DNA of 32,000 nucleotides from Erysipelotrichaceae bacterium OH741_COT-311 (GTDB lineage Bacteria; Bacillota_I; Bacilli_A; Erysipelotrichales; Erysipelotrichaceae). Of this stretch, positions 15,249 to 24,279 are shown one piece after another. The translations under genes were made by a program, and so were the position numbers. The stretch lies in NCBI GenBank assembly GCA_003858585.1, contig RQZE01000006.1:96823-128822 (forward strand). Reading direction: 5' to 3'. The notes beneath the pieces are model-generated. The model was not told the origin of the DNA. It saw nothing but the letters and a program-made list of their open reading frames with translations, and searched no databases. The first letter of the stretch is position 1, and every line of letters starts with the position of its first letter.

Positions 15249-16421
15249 TTAATGATGACTTGCAATTTCTTGTGCTTTTTGTAGTGTTACTTTTGTGATG
15301 TATGGTCCAACTAATTCATAGATTAGCGTGGCACATAGTATGATGGCACGAATGGTTTGTCCATGACTTGGTACTGCAGCTTGAGCGATGAGTGATAGCC
15401 CGATTGCAACCCCGGCTTGCGGGATTAAGCATGGTCCTAAGTACTTGCGTACATTTTCAGGGGCTTTGGTTACTACTGCTCCGGCATAGGCTCCAAGGTA
15501 TTTTCCAATTACACGTGCAATGATGTAAACACTGCCTAATACACCAATGGTTGGGATAATGGCAGGATTTAACTCTGCACCGGATAATACAAAGAATAAC
15601 ATGAATAATGGTGGGGTCATTTCATCAACCAACTGCATCACTTTTTCCGATGTAGTGGATAGGTTACAATATACCGCTCCAAGTACCATACATACTAATA
15701 GTGAAGAAGCATGGAAGATGACAGATAAACCTAATGCAAGTAGGATAATCGCAATGACTAAGCTATTGCGATTTGCGTTATCTTTAAAGTAACGAATGAC
15801 ATAAGATAATAATAATCCTAAAGCTAAACCAATCACTAAGGAAACAATAATTTCAATAAAAGGACTTAATAACATTTCCAACATATTACTGTTTGCGTTG
15901 TTTAAATTGTTTGTGATTGCTAGTGCAAAGCCAAAACAGATTAAGGCAGCGGCATCGTCGATGGCGACAACACTTAGTAACGTTTCACTAACAGGTCCTT
16001 TGGCTTTGTATTGACGTATTACCATAATGGTTGCTGCTGGGGCAGTGGCTGAGGCGATAGATCCAATCATTAAAGAAAACGATAAATCATTGCCTAGCAG
16101 TAACATAACACCTGTTACAATCATAACGGCTCCAACGGCTTCTAAAAAGGCGATGACAACTGGTGTTACACCTACTTTTTTAAAATAGCTAATCTTGAAT
16201 TCACTTCCGATAGAGAATGCAATAAAACCAAGAGCGATGTTTGAAAAAACCATGAGTGTTTCTAATGTATGATGATTGACAAGGTTTAAAACATTGGGTC
16301 CAACCAACAAACCACCTACTAAATAACCGGTTACAGATGGAAGTTTTACTTTTTTAGCTAAAAGTGAGAACAGTAAACCGGTTGCAAATAAGAGTGCAAC
16401 TTGTAAAAATAAATGATCCAC
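15249..16421 (-). CDS. cation:proton antiporter (CPA2-type Na_H_Exchanger membrane domain, no fused RCK domain)
   Basis: About 12 hydrophobic segments. N-terminus LLFSLLAKKVKLPSVTGYLVGGLLVGP is typical of the KefB/CPA2 family. Confidence 0.85.
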   Translation of the reverse strand: MDHLFLQVALLFATGLLFSLLAKKVKLPSVTGYLVGGLLVGPNVLNLVNHHTLETLMVFSNIALGFIAFSIGSEFKISYFKKVGVTPVVIAFLEAVGAVMIVTGVMLLLGNDLSFSLMIGSIASATAPAATIMVIRQYKAKGPVSETLLSVVAIDDAAALICFGFALAITNNLNNANSNMLEMLLSPFIEIIVSLVIGLALGLLLSYVIRYFKDNANRNSLVIAIILLALGLSVIFHASSLLVCMVLGAVYCNLSTTSEKVMQLVDEMTPPLFMLFFVLSGAELNPAIIPTIGVLGSVYIIARVIGKYLGAYAGAVVTKAPENVRKYLGPCLIPQAGVAIGLSLIAQAAVPSHGQTIRAIILCATLIYELVGPYITKVTLQKAQEIASHH

Positions 16422-16436
16422 AATTAATCCTTCTTT

Positions 16437-16787
16437 CTAATAAGTAAAACATCCACCTTCGATATAATCGCAAGGTATAGTAAAAATAATACCGGTATCC
16501 GGCTTTGATAAGTCTCCTAGTACGGCATGAACGGCTGCTCGTGCTAATAAAACTTGTTCATCTTTCAAGACACAAATAATAGTACGGTTTTCATCACGCT
16601 CAGGATTTAATAGAAAACGTAATGATCCAATAAAACGTTCGGCTTCATTACGATGACCATTAAATAAATGATGTGCCATACCTGTACTATTTAAAATAGT
16701 AGCTCCTTGAATCCCATTATCTCCAAGTTTTGTTAATAGCTCATCCAACTTATCAACGTTGTTCAAGATAATAAACATACATTTCAT
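16437..16787 (-). CDS. PII-like (GlnB-fold) small regulatory protein
   Basis: The ATG at 16787 follows GGAGGA; the track's TTG start lies inside the RBS. The beta-alpha-beta pattern KCMFIILNNVDKLDELLTKLGDNGIQGATILNSTG ... GIIFTIPCDYIEG parallels PII proteins. It ends 15 nt upstream of the antiporter start. Confidence 0.5.
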   Translation of the reverse strand: MKCMFIILNNVDKLDELLTKLGDNGIQGATILNSTGMAHHLFNGHRNEAERFIGSLRFLLNPERDENRTIICVLKDEQVLLARAAVHAVLGDLSKPDTGIIFTIPCDYIEGGCFTY

Positions 16788-16883
16788 AATGTTTTCCTCC
16801 AATAATAAAAACTATAAAACTTTTGATACAGTTTTTCAATACTTAGTCTTGAAAAATGCTATACTTATAAGGCGAGGTAGAAT

Positions 16884-17645
16884 ATGAATAAACAAGATCG
16901 TATCCTTCATTTAGCAACCTTAACCGGATTTTATTTGCTGGAAAGTGGTGGGGAAACATATCGAGTCGAAGATACCATTTGTCGTATCTTACAAAATTAT
17001 GGTATGAAAGAAGTAAGTGCCTTTACTTCTCCTACCGTCATTATTTCATCATGTATGGATGACGAGCGATCTTATAGTAAAGTATTAAGAGTGAATCGTA
17101 GTAAGGCTAATTTACAGCGTATTGATTTGTTAAATCAATTATCACGTGATTCCGATAAACTCTCTGTTGATGAATTTGAAGCTCGTTTACAGCATATCAT
17201 TCAACAACCTACTTATCCAGCTTGGATTGAAATTGCATGTGCAGGTATTATTGCATTGGGATTTACACTGTTTTTTGGTGGAAAAGTATGGGATGCGTTA
17301 GCAGCTTTCGTGATTGGTTGCTTTGTATATGCGTTACATGGAGTGCTTGTAAAACATGCGTTAAATCCGTTTGTTAAAGTTGCGATTCAGTCGTTTGTGA
17401 TTGCTTTTTTGGCAATGGTGGGATATAAGTATCACATTGTTATGGATTATAATCTTGTCATTATCAGTACGATTATGTTATTGGTACCGGGATTAGCGAT
17501 TACCAATGCTATTAAAGACTTTTTATCCGGTGATTTGGTATCCGGAACGACACGTGGTTTTGAGGCTTTCTTAATTGCGATTTTTGTGGCATTGGGTTCC
17601 GGGATGGCTTTAACGATTTGGTTAAGGCTAGGAGGTCGCTTATGA
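16884..17645 (+). CDS. threonine/serine exporter family protein (ThrE/DUF1212-type subunit)
   Basis: LESGGETYRVEDTICRIL motif and C-terminal membrane helices. Confidence 0.8.
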   Translation: MNKQDRILHLATLTGFYLLESGGETYRVEDTICRILQNYGMKEVSAFTSPTVIISSCMDDERSYSKVLRVNRSKANLQRIDLLNQLSRDSDKLSVDEFEARLQHIIQQPTYPAWIEIACAGIIALGFTLFFGGKVWDALAAFVIGCFVYALHGVLVKHALNPFVKVAIQSFVIAFLAMVGYKYHIVMDYNLVIISTIMLLVPGLAITNAIKDFLSGDLVSGTTRGFEAFLIAIFVALGSGMALTIWLRLGGRL

Positions 17646-18070
17646 TTGTTCGTATATTAGGCTCTTTACTGGCTGCTTTAGGATTTGGAGTATTGTTTAA
17701 TCTTAAGCAACATAAGTTGATATACGCATGTCTTGGTGGAGGGATTGGTGCCTTAGTACATGAATTTACTATGTATCTGGGACTTTCTTCCGTATTATCT
17801 TTACTGATAGCATCCATGGTTATTACTATGTATAGTGAGATTATGGCACGTAAATTAAAGACACCGGTAACTAGTTTTATGGTCGTGGCGCTGATTCTTT
17901 TGGTGCCAGGTGGCGGAATGTATTATACGATGTTGGAAGTCATTTTAAATCGTACGGATAATGCTATAATAATAGGTGTTGATACCTTAGCAAAGGCAGG
18001 AGCTTTGGCATTAGGAACATTTGTTTCTACAACAATTAGAAAGTTATTATTTTTCAGGGGGCATCAATAA
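17642..18070 (+). CDS. threonine/serine exporter family protein (DUF3815-type small subunit)
   Basis: The ATG at 17642 overlaps the upstream stop (ATGA). Four hydrophobic helices. This is the typical partner of the DUF1212 subunit. Confidence 0.75.
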   Translation: MIVRILGSLLAALGFGVLFNLKQHKLIYACLGGGIGALVHEFTMYLGLSSVLSLLIASMVITMYSEIMARKLKTPVTSFMVVALILLVPGGGMYYTMLEVILNRTDNAIIIGVDTLAKAGALALGTFVSTTIRKLLFFRGHQ

Positions 18071-18972
18071 TGCAAAATAAAAGGGCAATTTCACCAATTA
18101 TCATTGGTATTATATTTTTAATCCTTACACGCTTGTTTGGATTTATAAGTTTTATCTTTTTGGGTTTTATTCTCAGCTTGTTTTTTGCAAATAAAAAAGA
18201 TCAGAAACAAACAGCGATGGAGAAACGTCATCATAAGTATAAAATAAAACTTACCAAGAAAAACGAAGAACAGATTAATCATAAATTAAAGGAGTATTTT
18301 ACGGATAATGATCGTTTGATTGTTATTGATGGAATTAGTTTGCGTCCGTTAAAAGGGAGTTATGAAAATTTAAAGAATTTGAATATGTATTACAATGAGG
18401 AGTGCATTGCAACCTTAGATGAATTCGCAAGCAGTTATCCAAGTGTTGCGCAGGAAATTTATGATTTATTAGTGAATTTTGCAAATAAGGAAGTGAAAGA
18501 AAAACCGAAGGTGCAAGAAAGTCCGAAGCGCATAGAGCCTAGTGCAACTTTATATATGAATCGTATCAATCAATTAAATAATGAAATTGAACATGAAGAG
18601 ATTTCAAATGGTTTATATAAAACAGCTTCTTTATTAAAAAACATTGAAGTGATTGAGCAAAAAGATCCAAATAGTAAGGAACAATTAACGAAGTTATATA
18701 GTTACTATATGCCTATTTTGGTGGATATTTTAGAAAAATACAAATCATTGTCGTTGGGTGATGTAAATAATCAAGAGTATTTAAAGAGTGAAGAACAATT
18801 AATTAAGACCATCGTTTTAATTAATGAGGCGTTAAAAAATATTATTAGTACATTAAATGAAGATGATTATATGCATTTGTCGGCTGATATTACTACCTTA
18901 CAGTCTTTGCTTAAGAAAGATGGTTTGGTTGATGAAGGTACTTTGAAAGTAGGTAATGATTATGAACGATAA
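18070..18972 (+). CDS. two-TM membrane protein with long helical cytoplasmic region (XpaC-like?)
   Basis: The start overlaps the upstream stop (TAATG). Two N-terminal TM helices. LTKLYSYYMPILVDILEKYKSL resembles the YYLP...LL..Y motif I associate with the XpaC (5-bromo-4-chloroindolyl phosphate hydrolysis) family. Confidence 0.35.
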   Translation: MQNKRAISPIIIGIIFLILTRLFGFISFIFLGFILSLFFANKKDQKQTAMEKRHHKYKIKLTKKNEEQINHKLKEYFTDNDRLIVIDGISLRPLKGSYENLKNLNMYYNEECIATLDEFASSYPSVAQEIYDLLVNFANKEVKEKPKVQESPKRIEPSATLYMNRINQLNNEIEHEEISNGLYKTASLLKNIEVIEQKDPNSKEQLTKLYSYYMPILVDILEKYKSLSLGDVNNQEYLKSEEQLIKTIVLINEALKNIISTLNEDDYMHLSADITTLQSLLKKDGLVDEGTLKVGNDYER

Positions 18973-19513
18973 GAGAAATAGCATAAAAGACGAAGTGGAA
19001 CATATTTTTGATGCCTTGTATGATGATCTTGCTAAGGATAAGTTAGATATTGATCCCAAGGCCTTTGGGCGTGTGTTTAATAAAGATGAAAATGATGAAT
19101 ATACGCTATTTCGTGATTCTAAGTATGAAAAGTATAGTTATCGTCCGTTATCTCGTCCAATGGTGTTAAAGAGTTATCGTGATTTAACGTTTGATTCTCG
19201 TTATGATTATTTTATTAATTATATTAGTAATGTGGACTATCGTGGGCGTGGACAAGAAGATCCTTATCGTAAAGGTCATATGGCTGCTTTAGAGAAGTAT
19301 TATCATAAGGGACAACAAAATAAAGATAATTTGTTAATCATAGAACCGATCTTAGAAAATGAAATCTTACGTGCAAAGGGGAAAAAGAATCATTATCAAT
19401 ATGATGGTGGTTATTATGATGGCTTATTGTATGTGCGTTTGGCACTGAAGAAAAGTAAATGGAATATGATTGATAAGATTGCAGAAGAATTGAACAAGAA
19501 GTTGAAGAGGTAG
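18962..19513 (+). CDS. hypothetical Tyr/Asp-rich soluble protein
   Basis: The ATG at 18962 lies 7 nt after AGTAGGT and overlaps the upstream gene by 11 nt (alternative start 18956). No recognisable motif. Confidence 0.5.
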   Translation: MNDKRNSIKDEVEHIFDALYDDLAKDKLDIDPKAFGRVFNKDENDEYTLFRDSKYEKYSYRPLSRPMVLKSYRDLTFDSRYDYFINYISNVDYRGRGQEDPYRKGHMAALEKYYHKGQQNKDNLLIIEPILENEILRAKGKKNHYQYDGGYYDGLLYVRLALKKSKWNMIDKIAEELNKKLKR

Positions 19514-19515
19514 TT

Positions 19516-21510
19516 ATGAAGCAAGAAAAACGTGAACAATTGTTGAAAGAGGTATTAGGGAAAAAACGTAGTTTACATAATTTAAATCAAGAAGCAAAAG
19601 AGTTGGTAGATATTACTAATCAAGAGTTATTAAATCTGATACAATCCAATCAACAAGAGATTCTTCAACTATCCAAAGAATTAAATTTTACGGATGAAGA
19701 TTTTGAGAATCTACGTAAGGATATTGAAAAGGATTTTCATGTCAAAGTGGAAGATACAACCATACCGGTAAATCCTAAGGACATTAAAGTGATTTTTCAA
19801 GAAATGGAAGAGAATTTGAATCGTGTCGTATTAGGGCAAGCTCAAGCGATTAAAGATATGATAGTGGCATTAAAAAGACCATATGTAATAGGTAGTCATC
19901 CGGATTATTTAAAGAATACAATTTTAATTCATGGTAATAATGGTACCGGACGTCATTTATTGGTTAAGGAAGTAGCCAATGAATTGCTTAAGCATAAACT
20001 TAGTCCATCCAATGAAATTGCAATCTTGGATATGCAACGTTATCAATCAAGCAGTCAAGAGACTATCTTTCTTCAAGATTTGTATATGGCATTGAATGGA
20101 AATGCTGGTATCATTGCGGTAGAACATATTACAGAGGGATATACAGTGTTTAATCGTATGCTTCAACAATTAGTGGTAGAGAAGCGTATTGTGTTAAACA
20201 AGCGTTATACATTAAAACATGGCTATCTTCAAGAGGCGACAAGTGGCTTAGTCAAGGATGCCATTGATGTGTTGACCGGGAATGGTAAGTTGTTAGTCTT
20301 TCTTACCGATAAGAAAATGTCGGATGTATTGGATACCTATGGAAAACAATTCATTGATACAGTTGTTGATAAGATTGAAACGGTCAAGTTAAATGATGCG
20401 GTGATTGGTGTCATTGTAGATAAGCTTTTAGAGAGTTTATTAAACAAGATGAAGGTTCAGTTAAAGGTACAAGTACAGTTGCATGATAGTGTGAAACAAT
20501 GGTTGCTGTCAAAGTATCAACCAAGTGATGGGATGGATTCGATTACACCATTTATTCAGGTAATTTATAATGCTTTAGTGGATGTGGTCTTAAATCATCA
20601 TGATGTTAGTGGAGTGGAAATACAGTTTGATGAAACATTAATGATTAAGCATCATGAAGAATGGATTAAGGTGGATTTGCGTGATGATTCGGTTGTGGAG
20701 CGTCAAAAAATTCAAGAAGAATTGGATCGTATTGTTGGCTTGGATGAAGTAAAAGAGTATTTACTTTCTTTGGAAGATCATTTAAAGATTACAAACTTGC
20801 GTAAGCAAAAGGGTCTAAAGGTTACCGAAGTAAGTAAACATATGATTTTTACAGGAAATCCTGGTACTGGTAAGACGACGATTGCACGTTTGGTTTCTCG
20901 TTTGATGAAGGTTGCGGGTGTTTTAAAACAAGGACAGCTGGTGGAGGTTACTCGTCAAGACTTAGTTGGTAAGTATGTTGGTCATACTGCACCATTAACA
21001 ATGTCAGTGATTCAAAGTGCTTTGGGTGGTGTTTTATTCATTGATGAGGCATATTCTTTATATCGTGGTAAAGATGATTCGTTTGGTTTAGAGGCGATTG
21101 ATACTTTAGTAAAGGCAATGGAAGATTATCGAGATGATCTGATTGTGATTTTAGCGGGTTATTCGAAAGAGATGAGTGAGTTTTTAACATCGAATTCAGG
21201 ATTAAAATCACGTTTTGCCAATATCATTCATTTTAAAGATTATACAGGGATGCAGTTGTTACAAATTGCTCGTATCATTGCTCAAAGTAAAGAATATAAG
21301 TTAAATATGGCTGTTGAAAAGCCATTGTTAGAGTATTTCTTAAAGGTACAAGCAGATAATAGTCAAACAAGTGGTAATGGACGTTTGGCTCGTAATGTTA
21401 TTGAAGATGCCATTTTAAAACAGGCAAAGCGTATTTTAAAGAATCCTGATGCGGATATGTTGGAGCTTGTTTTAGAGGATTTTGATGTATTAGCACAAGA
21501 CAACGAATAA
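19516..21510 (+). CDS. tandem AAA+ ATPase: degenerate Clp-D2-like domain + SpoVK/CbxX-type domain
   Basis: C-terminal domain: Walker A GNPGTGKTT (20854-20880), Walker B VLFIDEAYSL (21031-21060), LIVILAGY, and the SpoVK/CbxX-style linker GLDEVKEYLLSL. N-terminal domain: VLGQAQAIKDM...ILIHGNNGTGRHLL (19933-19956, no Walker Lys) and IIAVEHITEG in place of DExx. Confidence 0.8.
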   Translation: MKQEKREQLLKEVLGKKRSLHNLNQEAKELVDITNQELLNLIQSNQQEILQLSKELNFTDEDFENLRKDIEKDFHVKVEDTTIPVNPKDIKVIFQEMEENLNRVVLGQAQAIKDMIVALKRPYVIGSHPDYLKNTILIHGNNGTGRHLLVKEVANELLKHKLSPSNEIAILDMQRYQSSSQETIFLQDLYMALNGNAGIIAVEHITEGYTVFNRMLQQLVVEKRIVLNKRYTLKHGYLQEATSGLVKDAIDVLTGNGKLLVFLTDKKMSDVLDTYGKQFIDTVVDKIETVKLNDAVIGVIVDKLLESLLNKMKVQLKVQVQLHDSVKQWLLSKYQPSDGMDSITPFIQVIYNALVDVVLNHHDVSGVEIQFDETLMIKHHEEWIKVDLRDDSVVERQKIQEELDRIVGLDEVKEYLLSLEDHLKITNLRKQKGLKVTEVSKHMIFTGNPGTGKTTIARLVSRLMKVAGVLKQGQLVEVTRQDLVGKYVGHTAPLTMSVIQSALGGVLFIDEAYSLYRGKDDSFGLEAIDTLVKAMEDYRDDLIVILAGYSKEMSEFLTSNSGLKSRFANIIHFKDYTGMQLLQIARIIAQSKEYKLNMAVEKPLLEYFLKVQADNSQTSGNGRLARNVIEDAILKQAKRILKNPDADMLELVLEDFDVLAQDNE

Positions 21511-21523
21511 CGTTGTCTTTTTT
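21499..21523 (+). terminator. rho-independent terminator after the AAA+ gene
   Basis: GACAACG-AATAA-CGTTGTC stem; the stop codon lies in the loop. Followed by TTTTTT. Confidence 0.7.
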
Positions 21524-21532
21524 GGAGGGTGT

Positions 21533-22219
21533 ATGAGTAAGATACAAAAAGAGCTTAAAAAGATGCAGGATCTTGCATATCGTGATTTTAATGCTAAGTT
21601 AATTCCGAATGTAGATGTTTCTACTATGATTGGTGTACGCAGTCCTATGCTTAAGCGTTATGCCAAAGAGATTTCTAAGGATGAAAAGACAAAGAATGAT
21701 TTTTTAAAGAGTTTACCGCACGTTTATTTTGATGAATATATGCTACATATTCACATCATTAATTTAGAGAAAGACTTAGAAATTGCTTTTAAGGAGGTCA
21801 ATAAGTTATTGCCTTATGTTGATAATTGGGCGGTGTGTGATTCTTTGTGTCCTAACATTTTTAAGAAATATCCCGATGAGGTGTATGCGTGTATTTTAAA
21901 GTGGTTAACGAGTGAGCATGTCTATACCAAACGGTTTGCGATTGGTTTATTACTGAGCAATTATCTAGATGAGCATTTTAAAGAAGAACATTTGAGATTA
22001 GTTAGTCAGTTAAATAGCGATGATTATTATTTGGATATGATGATTGCTTGGTATTTCAGTATTGCATTAATCAAGCAGTGGAATTGTACCTTACCATATT
22101 TTACCAATCCTACTATGAAACCTTGGGTTATTAATAAAGCAATAAGCAAGGGGATTGACAGTTATCGTTTAAGTAAAGAACAGAAGGATTATTTACGAAG
22201 CTTAAAAATCAAAAAGTAA
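21533..22219 (+). CDS. DNA alkylation repair protein (AlkD/AlkC-like HEAT-repeat family)
   Basis: AYRDFNAKLIPN...IGVRSPMLKRYAKEI...DNWAVCDSL fits the DNA_alkylation family pattern. Confidence 0.7.
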   Translation: MSKIQKELKKMQDLAYRDFNAKLIPNVDVSTMIGVRSPMLKRYAKEISKDEKTKNDFLKSLPHVYFDEYMLHIHIINLEKDLEIAFKEVNKLLPYVDNWAVCDSLCPNIFKKYPDEVYACILKWLTSEHVYTKRFAIGLLLSNYLDEHFKEEHLRLVSQLNSDDYYLDMMIAWYFSIALIKQWNCTLPYFTNPTMKPWVINKAISKGIDSYRLSKEQKDYLRSLKIKK

Positions 22220-22249
22220 AATATGGTAAAATAAGATAGAGGGTTGGAT

Positions 22250-23695
22250 ATGAAAACAATAACAAGAGATTTATCACTATTGATGGATTTTTATCAATTG
22301 ACCATGGCAAACGGTTATTTTAAAGATGGCTTAAAAGATCAAGAGGTTATTTTTGAGATGTTTTTTCGTAGAGTGCCGGATGGCGGTGGTTTTGCGATTA
22401 TGTGTGGCTTGCAACAAGTCATTGAATACATTAATCATTTAACATTTACGGATGAAGATATTACCTTTTTGCGTAATAAGCATCTGTTTGACGAAGCCTT
22501 TTTAGAATATCTAAAAAACTTTAAGTGCACCTTGGATATTTATGCGTTTAAAGAGGGCACACCGATTTTTCCAAATGAACCGATTATTAAGGTTGTGGGG
22601 TCCATTATACAAGCACAGTTAATTGAAACGATGATTTTATTAACTGTCAATCATCAAAGTTTAATTGCGACAAAAGCCAATCGCATTGTGCGTAGTGCCG
22701 AAGGTAAAGTGGTGATGGAATTTGGAGCACGTAGAGCGCATGGGTATGATGCCGCTTTATATGGTGCAAGAGCGGCGTATATTGGTGGTGTAAATAGTAG
22801 TGCTAACGTCTTATCTGATAAGCTGTTTGATATACCATCGGTTGGGACTATGGCTCATAGCTTTGTACAGTTATATCCGGATGAATATACTGCATTTAAA
22901 AAGTATTGTTGGATGTACCCAAATAATGCCAGTTTATTAGTAGATACCTATAATGTGTTAAAAAGTGGGGTTCCAAATGCTATTTTGGTAGCGAAAGAGG
23001 TACTGCATCCAATGGGACAGCGTTTAAAAAGTATTCGTTTAGATAGTGGGGATTTAACTTATTTGTCTAAAAAAGCTCGTAAGATGTTGGATCAAGCCGG
23101 TATGCAGGATTGTAAGATTATCGTGTCAAATAGTTTGGATGAGTATATGATTCAATCATTATTGATTCAAGGGGCTTGTATTGATTATTTTGGGGTTGGA
23201 GAACGTTTGATTAGTGCCAAAAGTGAACCGGTTTTTGGTGGAGTTTATAAAATTGCGGCGGTTAAAGAAAATGGTAAGTTTGAACCACGCATTAAGATTA
23301 GTGAAAACATTGAAAAAATTACAACACCTGCTGATAAAGAGGTATATCGTCTCTATGATGAAAATCATAAGGCAATTGCGGATGTTTTGACCCTTAAAGA
23401 TGAAGTCATTGATACAAGTAAGCCTTATACAATTTTTGATCCAATTAGTACGTGGAAGCGTAAAGAGTTAGTTAACTTTACGGTAGAGCCAATGTTGGTG
23501 CCAATCTTTATTAAAGGAAAACAAGTTTATCAAAGTCCAAGTGTAAGTGAAATACGAGAATACTGTATACAACAAGTTCAAACGTTATGGGAAGAGTCTT
23601 TGCGTTTTGAAAATCCGCATAATTACTATGTTGACTTGTCAAAGCCGTTATGGGATTTGAAACAAGAATTACTGGAAAGTAAGAACCAGCGATGA
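22250..23695 (+). CDS. pncB: nicotinate phosphoribosyltransferase
   Basis: SLLMDFYQLTMANGYF N-terminus, GTMAHSF and RLDSGDL motifs. The ATG at 22250 lies 6 nt after AGAGGG. Confidence 0.9.
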   Translation: MKTITRDLSLLMDFYQLTMANGYFKDGLKDQEVIFEMFFRRVPDGGGFAIMCGLQQVIEYINHLTFTDEDITFLRNKHLFDEAFLEYLKNFKCTLDIYAFKEGTPIFPNEPIIKVVGSIIQAQLIETMILLTVNHQSLIATKANRIVRSAEGKVVMEFGARRAHGYDAALYGARAAYIGGVNSSANVLSDKLFDIPSVGTMAHSFVQLYPDEYTAFKKYCWMYPNNASLLVDTYNVLKSGVPNAILVAKEVLHPMGQRLKSIRLDSGDLTYLSKKARKMLDQAGMQDCKIIVSNSLDEYMIQSLLIQGACIDYFGVGERLISAKSEPVFGGVYKIAAVKENGKFEPRIKISENIEKITTPADKEVYRLYDENHKAIADVLTLKDEVIDTSKPYTIFDPISTWKRKELVNFTVEPMLVPIFIKGKQVYQSPSVSEIREYCIQQVQTLWEESLRFENPHNYYVDLSKPLWDLKQELLESKNQR

Positions 23696-24270
23696 AGGCA
23701 GTTTATGTAGGGTCATTTAATCCCGTTACCTATGGACATTTAGAGGTTGCCACAACAGCTTTGATGTATGCAGAAGATGTTATTTTTGTTCCCGTTTCAG
23801 ATTATTATAATAAAACTAGTTTGACAGTATCCGCTTTGCATCGTATTGAGATGTTAAAAAGAGCGTTAAAAAATCCTAAATTTAAGATTTCAAGAATTGA
23901 AGTGGATAGTACACGCCAATATAAAACCATCGAAACACTAACATTTCTAAAGAATGTTTATCATGAGGAACTAATGTTGGTGATAGGTGCCGATAATTTA
24001 AAGGAAATTAGTCGTTGGTATCAAGCGGAAGAATTGTTAAAGACGTATTACCTTTTAGTATTTAATCGTAATGAAGATTTAAAACAAATTGTACTGACGG
24101 ATCCATTACTGGCGAAATATCAAGAGCGTATCCATTTAGTCAATGATTTTGATAAAGATATTTCAAGTGAACAAGTACGTAAGTTGTGTAAAATGAAGCA
24201 AAGTATTGAAGAATATGTTCCAAATGAAGTAGCATCTTATATTTATGAACATAAACTATATCAGGAATAA
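23692..24270 (+). CDS. nadD: nicotinate-nucleotide adenylyltransferase
   Basis: GSFNPVTYGHL nucleotidyltransferase motif, FVPVSD..NK, YKTIETL and GADNL..ISRW follow the NadD order. The start overlaps the pncB stop (ATGA). Confidence 0.8.
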   Translation: MKAVYVGSFNPVTYGHLEVATTALMYAEDVIFVPVSDYYNKTSLTVSALHRIEMLKRALKNPKFKISRIEVDSTRQYKTIETLTFLKNVYHEELMLVIGADNLKEISRWYQAEELLKTYYLLVFNRNEDLKQIVLTDPLLAKYQERIHLVNDFDKDISSEQVRKLCKMKQSIEEYVPNEVASYIYEHKLYQE

Positions 24271-24279
24271 GGAGTTTGT

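Noticed and set aside
23692-24270. Re-assignment of this ORF as CoaD (PPAT) because of the T-x-G-H motif (GSFNPVTYGH)
   Set aside because: The length (192 aa), the downstream motifs (YKTIETL, GADNL..ISRW) and the operon position between pncB and nadE all fit NadD better.
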